Below, in pieces: positions 50,661 through 63,077 of a stretch of DNA of 64,000 bases. The stretch is from Callorhinchus milii (taxonomy: Eukaryota): NCBI RefSeq assembly GCF_018977255.1, contig NW_024704742.1, positions 117,368,001 to 117,432,000 of the forward strand. Direction: 5' to 3'. The position numbers and the translations under genes are program-made. The notes under the pieces were generated by a model, which saw only the letters and a program-made list of their open reading frames with translations, made no database searches and was not told the DNA's origin. How positions within the stretch are numbered: the stretch's first letter is position 1; the number at the start of each line of letters is the position of its first letter.

Positions 50661-53600
50661 TATCAATGTCACATCAAACACACTCCTGCACAGCCAAAAA
50701 GAGGAAATTGGTGAATGTGAGACACATCAAAAGATTGGTTCAGATGAAGAAACCCCTTTCCTGGCAACCTGTTCCAATTATCAGCTACTCTGTGTAGGAT
50801 GAATTCATAATGTTTACTTTTATGAACAAAGTGTGTCACCAAACAGAAGCAGGGTATCCTCTAAATTTTTATTTTAGTCCTGCCTTTCTCTTTCAGAAGT
50901 TACAAAGCTTTCCCTTTCTCTCACCCCATTACTCTTGTTCCTAAAAACAAGGACATAACACAGCTGTGTTAAGTGGACCATATCTAAACTTTTTAGTCTG
51001 ACCTGGGAATTGGCATTCAATTATTGGAAAAGGGATACAAGTCAAAATCAAGTCAAATCTTACAGAGAAATGAATGTCTGAAAATTATGTGGGTGTTAAT
51101 CAGTTTAATTGGAGGAACCACCACAACAAATTGCATTAGTATAGGTCCTTTCATGTTGAAAGGACGTTCCAAGGTACTGGGCAATCAGGGATTTGGATCT
51201 GAATTGGAGTTTGGGATCAATAGGGGTGGAGGGGAGGGAGGCGAGGGGCAGAAGGATGACCAAAGATGCAGACGAATAGGAGGGTATTGAGACGGGTCTT
51301 GGAGGAAGCAAGGGAGGGAGCAAGGCAAAGGGAATGTTGAATGAAGACCCAAAGAATGGGACAGAGAGACTGAAGGCCTGATTGCCAATGGTGGAGCGAG
51401 CCGGGCAGGGGACATGGAGCAGGCTGGAGACTGCTGAGAGGAGGGAGTGGACAGGTCACAGAGGTAGGGAGAAGCAAAGCCATGGAGGGCTTTGAAGGCT
51501 AAAGATTAGTAAATAAACCCTTCTAAAAACTAATTCCTTCCATTTGCATGAATCAAGACTAATCAGCGAAATTGCTTTAAACCTATAAATGTGCAAATTC
51601 TGAAAATTGAGATTTTTTTAAAACATATTATTGAACCAGTGATTGAATAATAAATTATTGAATAATAAATAATCTTTGCATTTGCTACACAGCTTATACC
51701 ATCGAAACATCTCAAAGCGCGTAATTAATGTTAAGGTAATGTTTGTGTATTTTATAGGCAAACAACACAGTCGATTTGTGCACAGTACAACTTTTGTATT
51801 TTCAGTTAAACTTGGAGGACACAGGTCTAAAATTAATTAACCTCCAGCCTAGAAATTAGAAGTATTTTCTCTCACGCCTTCCGCAAGCAATAGATGTACA
51901 AAGATTAACTGATTTGTTTCTGAAGTCGTTTTAACAGTCCAGGTTCTCATTTGTAAGCAAACCAATGAATTAGTTTTCCATCTACCCCCCCACCCCCTGA
52001 CACTTCCAGTTCTGCTTTCTTTCTCACTTTTGGGCCCTGACAAGATTGCTTTTCCTCCGACACACTGTCCACCTCCGCCCCCGCCTACCTCACACCAGTT
52101 GCTGCTGAAGCCCTTTTGGAAGAAGGGAATAGGAGAAAAGAACAGGAGGAGTGAGGACACGTGTGGAGTATAAACACCAGCATGGACAAGTTGGGCCAAA
52201 TGGTCTGTTTGCATGCCATATCATTCCATATAACTGTGCCTTATGGTGCTTTATTCTGAATGATTCCATCTGATGGGAATACAAGTGTAACTATAATGTT
52301 AATCACTTCTCTGTTCCAGATGCTTCTAGGTATGCCATCCTCCATATTATATATTAATATATTATAACTATATTAGTATATTATATATTAACAGCAAGAC
52401 CCATAGAGTAAAATAATAATAATACTTGCACTTGATCTAGCGCCTTATTACGGTGTTGAGTCATGTCAAAGCACTTCACAGGATCTATTATAAAATCTAA
52501 GATCAATCTGTATATTTCTAGTGAAATGTTTACAACTATGGAGGTCAGACATAGACAGGATGAAGCTCAGCAGGAAACCCCTCACAGTCTAGACTCACAA
52601 GTAAAGAATATCTACAAATTGAAGGGATATAAACAAAGTTTTTTTAAAAATTGTTTTTAAACTGCTCAGAGCCATAAATGGTGATGTAAGTGTCGTCTGT
52701 AAGGAATTACTCTGACTTCAGACTGTAAGGAATATTTTTTTCCACGGAGTAACAGATGTGTGCCCTGAGGTAGGGTCTAATTAGCTTGAACTGTCTGATA
52801 AATAGAGATATTTCGGTTTTCGGAAAAATTCCTTACAACTTTCACTTTGGTCTTTATTTTCACTCTTTACTGCCAGAGCAGTGAGGCCCACCTCACTTTC
52901 TTAACACAGGAAACAAATCCCTTAACCCTTCTGTTAAGATTTCTAAACTGTAAATTAGATTCATAAAAAAAGACGTAATGAACGGGCAATCAGAGCAAAA
53001 AGAAAATGTGGACAGTCGAGGAGAATAAGGTTTATCTTTCAAGTTTGCCAGGAATATCTCAGGGGAATAAACACAGAAAGGTTGGAATGCACAGCTGTAT
53101 GTGTCCAACGTTGACATTTTTATTTTGGGTTTAGATTGTCAATGGCCAAGCCTTCAGCCACTATCCCTGTCCTTAAGAACATTCTTCCTGAATCATTTTG
53201 TTTTGCCACCTGCCGTCAAACACCCTAAATCAGATTATTTCAACTGTCAATATGGGTCGATAATTGGTCAATATCTTTGAATCTTTTATTCCCTTGAACT
53301 AAGTATATTTGTAAAGTGGATTGAGACCTTTTATATGAACGATATTATATAATAATAATAATAATCCTTGCATTTGATATAGCGCTTTTCACGTCTTCTA
53401 GACGTCTCAAAGCGCTTCACAGAATATACTGTAGAGATTGACTTGCATTTGTGATGCCTCCATCTGGCTGAGTTACCCAAAGAGTGAGTAACAATGAGTA
53501 CTCACAGAGTGAATAACACAGAGTGAGTAACAATGTGGGTATCTGATCCACTGTGTGTCAGATAAACAATTCTCCTGTCATAGTCCTCTGGTGCTACCAC

Positions 53601-55597
53601 AAGGTAAATTAGTTTGCTTGAAATTACTGTGAAATACTAAATTACTAAAAAGATTTGCAGCCCTTTTCCTTTGATCCTTTTCCACTTTAATTGTTTGCAG
53701 ACAGAGCCACGTAACAGAAATCCACTTCCACTTTGTTTCATACGGGATGGTTTTTTCATCCCACAACTACACTCAAGCTAATAATGATAATCCTTGGATT
53801 TGGTAAAGCGTTTTATCACATCTTCAAGATGCCTCAAAGCACTTCACAGGCTATATTGTAAAGTGTAGTGACTATGTATTTGTGGGTGAAACGTGGCAGC
53901 CAATTCCGCATAGCAGCATCCCACAATCAGTCATGGATTGAGTGACCAATTTATTATTATCTTTTTTAAGGGATTCAAGTGGGATCTGAAGAGGGGCAAA
54001 GGCGGAGGAGGGGTAGAGGCAGAGTCCCACAGTTTCAAGTGTAATAGATGAAAAAGTCCAGCTGTCTCCCCTTCCCCCCTCCACCCCCAACATCTACTGT
54101 ACAATATATTTTGTGAAGTGCTTAGAGATATGGTGGAGCTGGGGAGACCAGCGAGGAGTGCCTTTGAGTAATCCAGGTGGGAGGTGACAAACGCATTCAC
54201 AAAGCTTTCGGCTGCATTTGGGGTAAGGTACGGTCGGAGGCAGGCAATGTGGCGGAGGAAGGTGGTCCTGGTCAGGGACTGGATGTGGGGGAGGAAGGAC
54301 AGCTGGGGTTGAACCAGACGTCTAGATTGTTCACTGGTTCGGTGGGTCTGAGGGGGAGCCCAGGGATGAGGAGGAGTTTAGATCCGCAGGAGTGAAGAGG
54401 TTGACGGGAGCCAAAGAGTATGACTTCCGTCTTGTCCACATTCAGCTGCAGGAAGTTTACACTCATTCAGGTCCTGATGTCTATCAGACAAGCTGATAGA
54501 ACATCGGCAGACCTGGAGTCGATGCTGGAGGAGGCAAAGTAGATTTGTTTGTCATCCGCATAGACATGGAAGTTTACCCCACATTCGATTTTGCTTTCAC
54601 GAGCATTCTCTTCATGGCAGTTTGTGGGACATTGTGCAAAATTTCTGCACCTTTACCTACAAATTACACAGTCACTACACTCTACAGTAAATCCTGTGAA
54701 GCAACTTTGAGACTTTTAATGTTGTGATAAAGTGCTATATCAAAGGCAAGGTTTGTTTATAAATTTTGCTTTCGGTAACTTGGCCATTCGGTGAGCACAT
54801 TCTCCTACATGTTGCATATAAATCAAAAGAAATTAATTGTAAGTAAGTATCCTGGGTTTACACTGTTTGTTTTGCAAGAAGGTACTTGTTTGTGGATTGA
54901 TTGCATGTCAAAGACAATGACTCAATACCGTGTCTTTGCTGAGTGAGTAAAGGAATGATTTGCTGTATGTAGTTTAAACAACTTAAAGTGCTGACCGCAT
55001 CAATGACCCTTAGATCAATACCAGATGTTACTCTTCCTGAAAATAATTTGAAATAATCAGACACGCTGGACACTGAAAGCACTAATCTGTTAGATCTAGA
55101 CTGTGCATATTCCTGGATTTCCCTATCCCACCCCCAACAAAATCCATTCTGATCACATCCCCCTCCCCCCACCTTCCCTGCCCTCCACCTCTCCTGTTCC
55201 TAATCCCCAGTTTGGCTGCAAATCCTTGATTGTCCAGTCCTTTGAGACGTCCTCCCCACATGAAAGGCACAATACATATATAATTTGTTGTTGTTAACAA
55301 AGTGGAGAAATATCTCCGGAATATCATGCTCCAGCTACAAGGGAAACAGTGTAGTCAAAAGCAGTGAGTACAGTTCAAGCTTAAGGCAGCAAATGACACT
55401 TGGCAAAACCGATAGAAGTTACATCTTTTGTGATAGATACTTTCTGTCAATTCCATACCACAACAACTGGAGCCACAATCTTTATTGGGATTGCTTATTC
55501 ACTGTAAAGTGAATTGACTGTGGGCGAAACGCGGCAACCAATTGCGCACAGCAATGTCCCACAAACAGTCGTGGATTGAGTGACCAAATTATTATTG

Positions 55598-56130
55598 GAA
55601 AATGGCTACCTATATACACCTTTTGATATAGATACTGCTAACAATTCTGAACATAGAAGCCCAGAACCTGTCTCAGAACATGGACCTAACGAGAGTATAT
55701 TGTTTGAAGATGCCGAGAATGTCATTAATGTGACTATTTTGAAGATGGCAGGACAATACCTAACCGGCCTATGGATGGCCATATTTTTTCCTTCAGTTTA
55801 TACAGTTGTTGTTGTAACCTGCCATGATGTGCTACCTCTCTACGCTACAAAACCACTCACTGTACTACTTTCCCATCTTGTTTACGCTGTTCTTTGTACT
55901 TCCCCTCATTGTGATCTCAGTCTGCTATGTATCCATTATCCTTACCCTTTCCTCTTCAAATGTGTCAAACAAATGCAAAAAAAACTCATGCCATCGGTTT
56001 GGCTGTGATTGTGCTTTTTGTGTTTATTGTCTGTTTTGCACCAACTACTATTCTTCTACTTATACACTACTTGCATTTTTATCACAGTGCAAATGACTCC
56101 ATCTATTTTGCTTATCTCCTGTGCCTGTGC
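55598..56130 (+). pseudogene. PAR1/F2R-like exon-2 pseudogene fragment
   Basis: Aligns to 63130-64000. It lacks 414 bp (equivalent to 63338-63751) at junction 55816/55817, has a 2-bp deletion near 55840 and an extra A in the run at 55977-55984. The 5' end is replaced by a SINE fragment and the 3' end is truncated after IYFAYLLCLC (TM7). Confidence 0.9.
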
Positions 56131-57844
56131 CCCCTCCTCCTTTAGCTCCCTCCTCCCTCAGTGAGGAGGTTGAACCCAAATTTGTCACTCTTTTGCCTGT
56201 TGCTGGAAGGCGCATAATCTCTATGTGCAACACATTAGCAACCAAATGTGAATGTGATATTGGGGAACAAAAGTAATCTGACCATATGATATACAGTGTT
56301 AAACAAATCTAGTGCAAAGTAATAATCCCTTAAATTCACCAATAATCCATGCTCTGTGAGCCTAACACCACCGTCCTTGCTCGTCGCCATTGGCTCCCCA
56401 TCCCCCAGTGGATCGAATTAAAGATCTCACCTTCAAATCCTACCTGGTCTCATCCCACCAAACCTCTGCAACCTCCTTCAATGTTACTGACCCAGACACA
56501 CCCTTTGCTCATCAAGCGCTGGCCTGCTTTATGCCCCCCACACCCCATCGCTCTGTCCACCCCACCATGTGGTAGGCTTTCAGACATTCTGTTCTCACTC
56601 TCCAGAATTTCATCCCAGAATCCCTCCAAGTTGCTCACTCTTTCCTCTCTCTCTCAAAGGCACCTCTTTGACTGTGCTTTCAGTTATCTTTCCCCTCCCC
56701 AACCCCAATATGGGTGCCATCCAGCACGGTGAAGCACTTTGATACGTCTTCCCAATCTGAAAGGTGCTTTATAAATGTAAATTGTGTTGTAATTGTTACC
56801 TTTTTCTCCCCTGACATTTGTGATAAGATTTCATATTCACATCTTTTAATAAACTACGCAGCGTGGAAAACAAGGAAATGGGTCCTGATTAGACAAATAT
56901 AAACATAGGCATTTGTTACTTTGTGCGAGCAAATGTCTTCTGATTTCACACTGGTATAAAGGAATCGCAATATCGAAGTGAGCTAAATTCACATAGAGCA
57001 TCATTCTGTTGAACACCAAATTGTTCTGACAGTCAAAAGTATCAAGAAGAAATTATGTGCTTCCTAGTTCACAAGTGATGAGGAGAGGAATTCTTCAATT
57101 TTCTGACTGACTACATGATTCCACCCTAATTAGACACCAGATACCCCCCAACAACTGACTCAAATGCTCATTCTTCATGAGTAGCAGTAGATGATTCAAC
57201 CAGAATGGGAATGCCCTGGACAGCCTGAACCTGTCCTTATTGGAGCCTGGATACCAGCACATTCCAACAGGCAAGGAGTGGCTGGTCAGGTGTACTTGGG
57301 AGGTGCAGATTGGCACTGGGGGCAGAAAAACCTACAAGACAATGTCTTAATCATAACCCAATTCGTTCCCAGACTCGCATCACTGCGACTATTATTTTTG
57401 GAATCGCAAAGATGTTCTCTAAACTGCTGCTTTGTGCCAATGAAGGAAGATGAAAAGAATAGCTGGTGTTGGGGTAGCGTTCCTGTGCTTCATGCTAGAA
57501 AATTAAATCAAGGTTTAATTTCGTCCTATCAATTGACCACGTCAATTTTCAGCATTGTGAGTTTTTAAAAAAATTGAGTTTGCTTTCGATAGTTTTACTT
57601 CCCATTTCTGAGGGGCATTTCCAAGGTGAATAGAAACTGATTTTTAAATTTGGGTTTGTTGAGGTGTAAAGCTGAAATTAGATCAATGAGGAAAAGAGAA
57701 CAGAATTGGAGAAATAGCAACAGATTATTGAGAACAGAATTAACAATAGTTAATAATAGTTCATTACAATGTTTTAAACATGGTATTATTTGCAACGAAA
57801 CGCAACATACTGCAGATTTTCATAAAAAATATGAAACAATATGA

Positions 57845-57945
57845 AACAAAAACCGAAGTTGCTGGGAACACTCAGCAGGTCAGGCAGCATCTATGAAGAA
57901 AGGAAAGTGAATCAACCTTTCAGGTCCACGAGCCTTCGTCAGAAC
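57845..57945. mobile_element. Short repeat fragment, possibly Penelope-related terminal sequence
   Basis: tgctgggaacactcagcaggtcaggcagcatct...tttcaggtc...ccttcgtcagaac resembles an abundant chondrichthyan repeat end (from recollection, not a search); decayed relatives at about 4975-5070 and 5175-5270. Confidence 0.4.
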
Positions 57946-58420
57946 GGACGATTCCGTTATTTGCAACTTATTATTTGTTGTTTATGAATGAATTACAATG
58001 TTAATGTTACAATCAAAGTGCTGACAGTAGGTGTTACTGATGTTATGCAGAGAGTTGGCTTCGAACTTGAAGAGCATGAGTCGAGAAGCTTAAGAAGACT
58101 GGCACTGGGATTTGTATGGACCTTGAAGGAGTGTAAGGGTTAATGGCTGCTGATCACACGCCTCTCACTCACTGGCTGCTCCCTGTTTAATTGGAATAGA
58201 GAGGAGAAGGAGGAGGAACAGTCACTCCTCCAATAGCTCATAGATGACTGTACCTGAGAGCAACTGGAAGCGGTTTGCGACAGGAAGAGGAATGAGAAAC
58301 CTAATCCAGTTTAAACCTTGAAAGCACTCACTGGTCTGTGTCGCCCAGAGGCACCTTTCAGTCCTTTCATCAGTCTTGTGGATTTAGCAGAAGCTGGTTT
58401 GTGAGAGCGGCTGGTGCTTG

Positions 58421-58460
58421 CCTTGCCTTGCCTTGCCTTGCCTTGCCTTGCCTTGCCTTG
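58421..58460 (+). repeat. (CCTTG)8 microsatellite 56 bp upstream of the F2R-like ATG
   Basis: Seen directly. Confidence 0.95.
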
Positions 58461-58516
58461 CTGTCCAGAGCTGAGTGTCTGGGAGATCAGACCAGCAGAT
58501 GCTCTCCTCGGCCACC

Positions 58517-58583
58517 ATGGGCTGGAAGGTCCAGATCGTGCTCTGCATCGCGTTCCTCTCCGGCGTCTCAGCATCAAATTCGG
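58517..58583 (+). CDS. F2R: PAR1/F2R-like receptor exon 1 (signal peptide)
   Basis: Perfect Kozak gccaccATGG; MGWKVQIVLCIAFLSGVSASNS hydrophobic signal peptide; G|gtaaga donor in phase 1 matches the downstream exon; typical two-exon PAR structure. Confidence 0.85.
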
Positions 58584-59305
58584 GTAAGAGAGGCTGGGAT
58601 CGGGATCGTTATTTGCAACTTATTTTGTTGTGTTGGGCTTAATGTACATGTTACACCCACGTTACTGTCAGTGGGTGTTGCTATTGTTATTTATGGAGTT
58701 GGCTTGTACACTCAAGGGGGTGAGTTGAAAAGGGTAAAATAACCCTGGGATACTGGCATTTCTGTGGATCTGGAAGCAGTGTAAAGGGGTAATAACTTGA
58801 GATCACAATCCCAGGAGTTGGGTTCGGAAACCCAAACAGGAGTTTCTAATCCTCCCCCCCAATAAAAATTAGTCACTCATTCCATGGCTGTTTGTGGGAC
58901 ACTGCTGCGTGCAACTTGCCTGCGGTGGCGTTTTGCCCACAAAAGATACAGTCGATCCACTTCATAGCTCATCTTCCCCGCAGAGCAAAACGTTGGGCAA
59001 GTTTTGTTACTCTACACACCTCTGTTTATCTAGCAGTAAGTAGGAACCCGGTTGTTGGTCGATCTCTTCAATTTAGAAAAAAATCATAATAATTTGGAGA
59101 CTCAATCCACGACTGTCTGAGGGACACTGCTTGGCTAATTGGCTGATGTGATTCGCCCACAAATATACAGTCAATTCACTTTACAGTCTATTCTGTGAGG
59201 TGCTTTGAGACGTCTAGAACACATGAAAAGTACCATATCAAATGCAAGTATTATATTTACTGTATATTCTGTGAAGCGCTTTGAGACGTTTCAATGACAT
59301 GATTA

Positions 59306-60340
59306 GGAACTGGGGGTGTTGAAGAGGTCGGAACTTTGGGACAGAAGATGTCAGCGGGAGCCAAAAAGTATGGCTTCCGTTTTGTTGACGTTTAACTGCA
59401 GGAAATTTGCGCTCATGCAGCTCTTGATGTCCGGCAGACACTGTACTGACAGAACATCAGGGAACTGGGGATCGCAGCTGGAGGTGAAAAAATAGAGTTG
59501 AGTGTCATCCGCATACATGTGGAAGTTAACCCCGTGTCTGCAGTTGACATCACCGAGTGGGAGCGTATAGATGAGGAAGAGAAGGGGACCAAGGATGGAT
59601 CCCTGGGATACCCCGCAGGTGACCGGGTGGAAGCAAGAAGAAAAGCCATTTGCAGAAATGTAGTGCTGGCGGTTTGTACGGTAGGGCTTGAACCAAGTGA
59701 GTGCGCTCCCACTGAGGTGGATGATGGAGGACAGGCGGTGGAGGAGGATGGCGTGATCGACTGTGTCAAACGAGATGGAGCGGTCCAGGAGGATGAGGAG
59801 GCAGAGGGAGCCCTAGTCACAGATAGAGAGGATATCATTTGTGACGTTTACAAGCACTGTCTCTGTACTGTGGGCAGGGCGGAAAGGGGTTCGAGTAGGG
59901 TGTGGAGGGAGATGTGTGTGTGGTTGGTTGGCAACAACGCTTTCCAGAGTTTTGGCCAGGAAGGGCAGGTTTGAGATAGGATGGTAGTGGCCAAAGTTGG
60001 ACGGATCGAGGGTAGATTTTTTAAGGAGGGGGGTGATGACCACGGTTTTGAGGGGAAGTGGGACTGATCCTGAGGAGAGAGACCGGTTAATAGTGTCTGC
60101 CAACAGTGGGCAGAGGAGGGAGAACTGGGTGATCAGCAGTTGGGTGGGGAGGAGGTTCAAGGCAGCAGGTAGAGGGTTTCATTGTGGTGATGGTGGATGA
60201 GAGCGAGGAAGGAGAGATGGAGAAAATGAATGTAGAATGGGGGCCGTGGTAGGAGCTGAGGGTGGGGTGGGTGAGGGAGACAGAATGGGGGTGGTAGGTG
60301 ACACCGGGCAGAAGGATGAAGCTGCCAGGTGGATGTGAAT
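59306..60340 (-). mobile_element. L2 LINE internal fragment in F2R-like intron 1
   Basis: LKTVVITPLLKKSTLDPSNFGHYHPISNLPFLAKTLE, HSTETVLVNVTNDIL and YADDTQL motifs. Confidence 0.85.
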
Positions 60341-60930
60341 TTTAGAGGTAAGGAAGTCCATGAGTACATACATAAGAGCCATCCATACCATGATAACAAA
60401 GTAATATATAAAAGGTTAGAGAGTCCGGTGCTGGGTTGAAGGCAATCAAGAGAAATCTTTTCCAGCGTCAGGGATAGACATGTATTGTGTCTAACTGCAA
60501 TCTAATTAAAGTGGACAAAAAATGTAGAAGAGTCAAAAGACCAATGTTGTTGGGGCCTAATGTTTTGTTTACCCAGCCTGTAAATGAGATGCCCTGAGCA
60601 CAATACAGTATTGTGCTGTGTGGTCATGCTTTATTTGCTGAGAATTACTGGTGTTAGATTTGATTCTGTGGTGAGAAATTATGTAAGTATAAAATAATAA
60701 ACAATGCCAGGTTTGACTACTATGGGGAGAAATTATTTTGGGAAAATATTTGGAACGAAAAATTATTTTTAAAATGCTTTCATAGGTAAACTGGGATGAA
60801 AAAGGAATAATCATAATCAGAGGTCAACCAACACCTACACCCAAAATGGTTGACAGTTGAAAGTATAAGCAACTATTAATGCTATTTTAAGTACAGTACT
60901 TTAGAGATCAAAGGAGGGGTTAATGTGCGT

Positions 60931-61300
60931 ATAATAATAATCCTTGCATTTGATTCTAGCGTCTTATCACATCTTCACAACGTCTCAAAGCACTTCACAG
61001 AATATATTGTAAAGTGAATTGACTTTATATTTTGTGGGCAAAATGCAGCAGCCAAATGTGCCCAGCAGTGTCCCACAAACAGTTGTGGATTGAAGTGACA
61101 ATTTTTTCCTTTTTTAAGTAATTATTAACTCCAGAAAAGCGATATTCCAATTGACTAACAACCAGGTTCCTACTAACTGATAGGTAAACAGAGGTGTGTG
61201 GAGTAAAGAAACTTGCCCAACTTTTCACCTTGCCGAGAATCAAACCCAGGTATCTCGCTTATGAACTATGTGCTCTAACCACTGAGCTACAGGACTCCAC
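60931..61300 (-). mobile_element. tRNA-derived SINE, longer subfamily
   Basis: Head, extra central segment and tail as in 33826-34192. Confidence 0.82.
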
Positions 61301-63077
61301 ATACTCCAGTATAAAGTGTTCATAGTAATCCTTACATTTAATATTATGTCTTTTATGTCAAGAGACATCTCAAAGATATACTCTATTCTGACTGTTTTTT
61401 TGTGTGGGTGAACACACCAGACAAATTACGCACAGAAATGTCCCGAAGCAGCCATAAAAGTGAATGACCGATTTTATTACAAAAATTAATCTATTCTAAC
61501 CCATTCGGGACTGATACATGATTCCCATGTAGTTAGATCTCATTACAATGTCCTTTTTATGTATGCTGTCACATGAGTCAAGTTGATTGCATTGCCCTTT
61601 CAGATTGGTGTGACTCATTGTTAAATAAACTAGGCAACCATAGCGAAAGAAACAGAAAATCAGTGTATTCAAAGGGATTGAATTTATATACTTTGAAGTT
61701 TACCGTATCTGGCTTTTAGCTTGAATTTTGATTGTTTCACTTTTTATTTACTAGTATTTCAGCATTGGATGAATTGAAATATGTATGTGATTCAATGTGT
61801 TGTAGAGAATTCAAATAATTTATACCCGGGTTTCAGAATTTGATCCTGGCTCGTGACTCTGTTGCTCTGCTCAAGATTTCATTTGAGCTGACATGGCTTT
61901 CTCACAACAGGGCACTTCAACTGAGGCACTAAAAAGAATGAAATAGGAATGTAGAAACTACTGTTGAAATAATCAAACAATAACTAACTTTCTGAAACAA
62001 TTTAGGAATATAAATATAAAGCACAAAATGCAGTTTGAGAAGAGGAAAGAATCTAAGGCATGAAATAAAACTAATAAAAATACCAATTGCATTTGATATT
62101 ACTCCTTATCATACTGTCGAACCATCTCAACAACAAATTACATTTTGTATAGCGCCTCAAAAGAATTGTTGCAAAGTGTAATGATTGTGAATTTGTTAGC
62201 CAGACTGGAATTTCCATAAGAATGAACATTTCAGCAAAATAAAAAACACACACACAAAATAGAAAAGGTTTCTTGAGCTTTTATATAAGAGTAAAGATAT
62301 CACTTAAAATGATAGTTGTTTGATATAGAACTTTATCTTGTCATCGAAATGTTCAAAACACTTCACACAATTTGTGCTGTAGATTTGCTGTATGTTTTGT
62401 TGCTGAACTTATTTTTTAATACTGCACATTATAACCTTATAGGTATTAGCCTGGCTCGGTTGGTAGCACTTTCATCTCTGGATTCAAGCTCCACGTGGGG
62501 ACTTTGAATTCAGTCTAGCCTAATACTTCAGCACAGTACAAGGGAGAGGTCAACAATATCAGAGGTGCCATCCATCAGATGAGACGTTTATTTCTTCTGT
62601 TGTGCGTGGCAAAAAAATCTCCCAGGAAAAAAAAACATTCACTTCATGTCAGTTTCATAGCCTTGGGACGTCCTCCTGACGTGAAAGGCACTAAATAAAT
62701 GCAATTTGTTGTTGTTTATGTGACATCGCTGCACAAATTGGCTGCTGCATTTGCCTACAAAATACAGTCACTACATTTTACAGTGAATTCTGGAAAGACT
62801 CAGAGACATCTCCCCAATGTAAAAGATTCTAGTATCAAATGCAACAATTATGATTATTATTAGCTTGCCAGAAAGTTTCAGTGAGTCCACTGAATCTTGA
62901 CTCTGATATATTGTTTATAAAGCTCCATGAATGGAAGAAAAATTCAGAAAAATAATAGTTACAGAAAGACATTCCCAAAGATAAGTTTGTATAGAGTGAG
63001 TATATCGTGCTAATGCTTTTTCTCGTACTTTTATAACTTGAGTTGTATGTTCATTTCAGATTTGATTCATTTTTCAG

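Noticed and set aside
53480..53535. Short repeated units (cagagtgagtaaca) as a CRISPR-like array
   Set aside because: Degenerate minisatellite with no unique spacers, in a eukaryotic context
43416..55597. A signal-peptide exon 1 for the PAR pseudogene
   Set aside because: No recognisable copy of 58517-58583 found by eye
58338..58742. 134-aa ORF with LALPC repeats
   Set aside because: Produced by the (CCTTG)n STR in another frame; the supported frame starts at the Kozak ATG 58517 and splices at 58583
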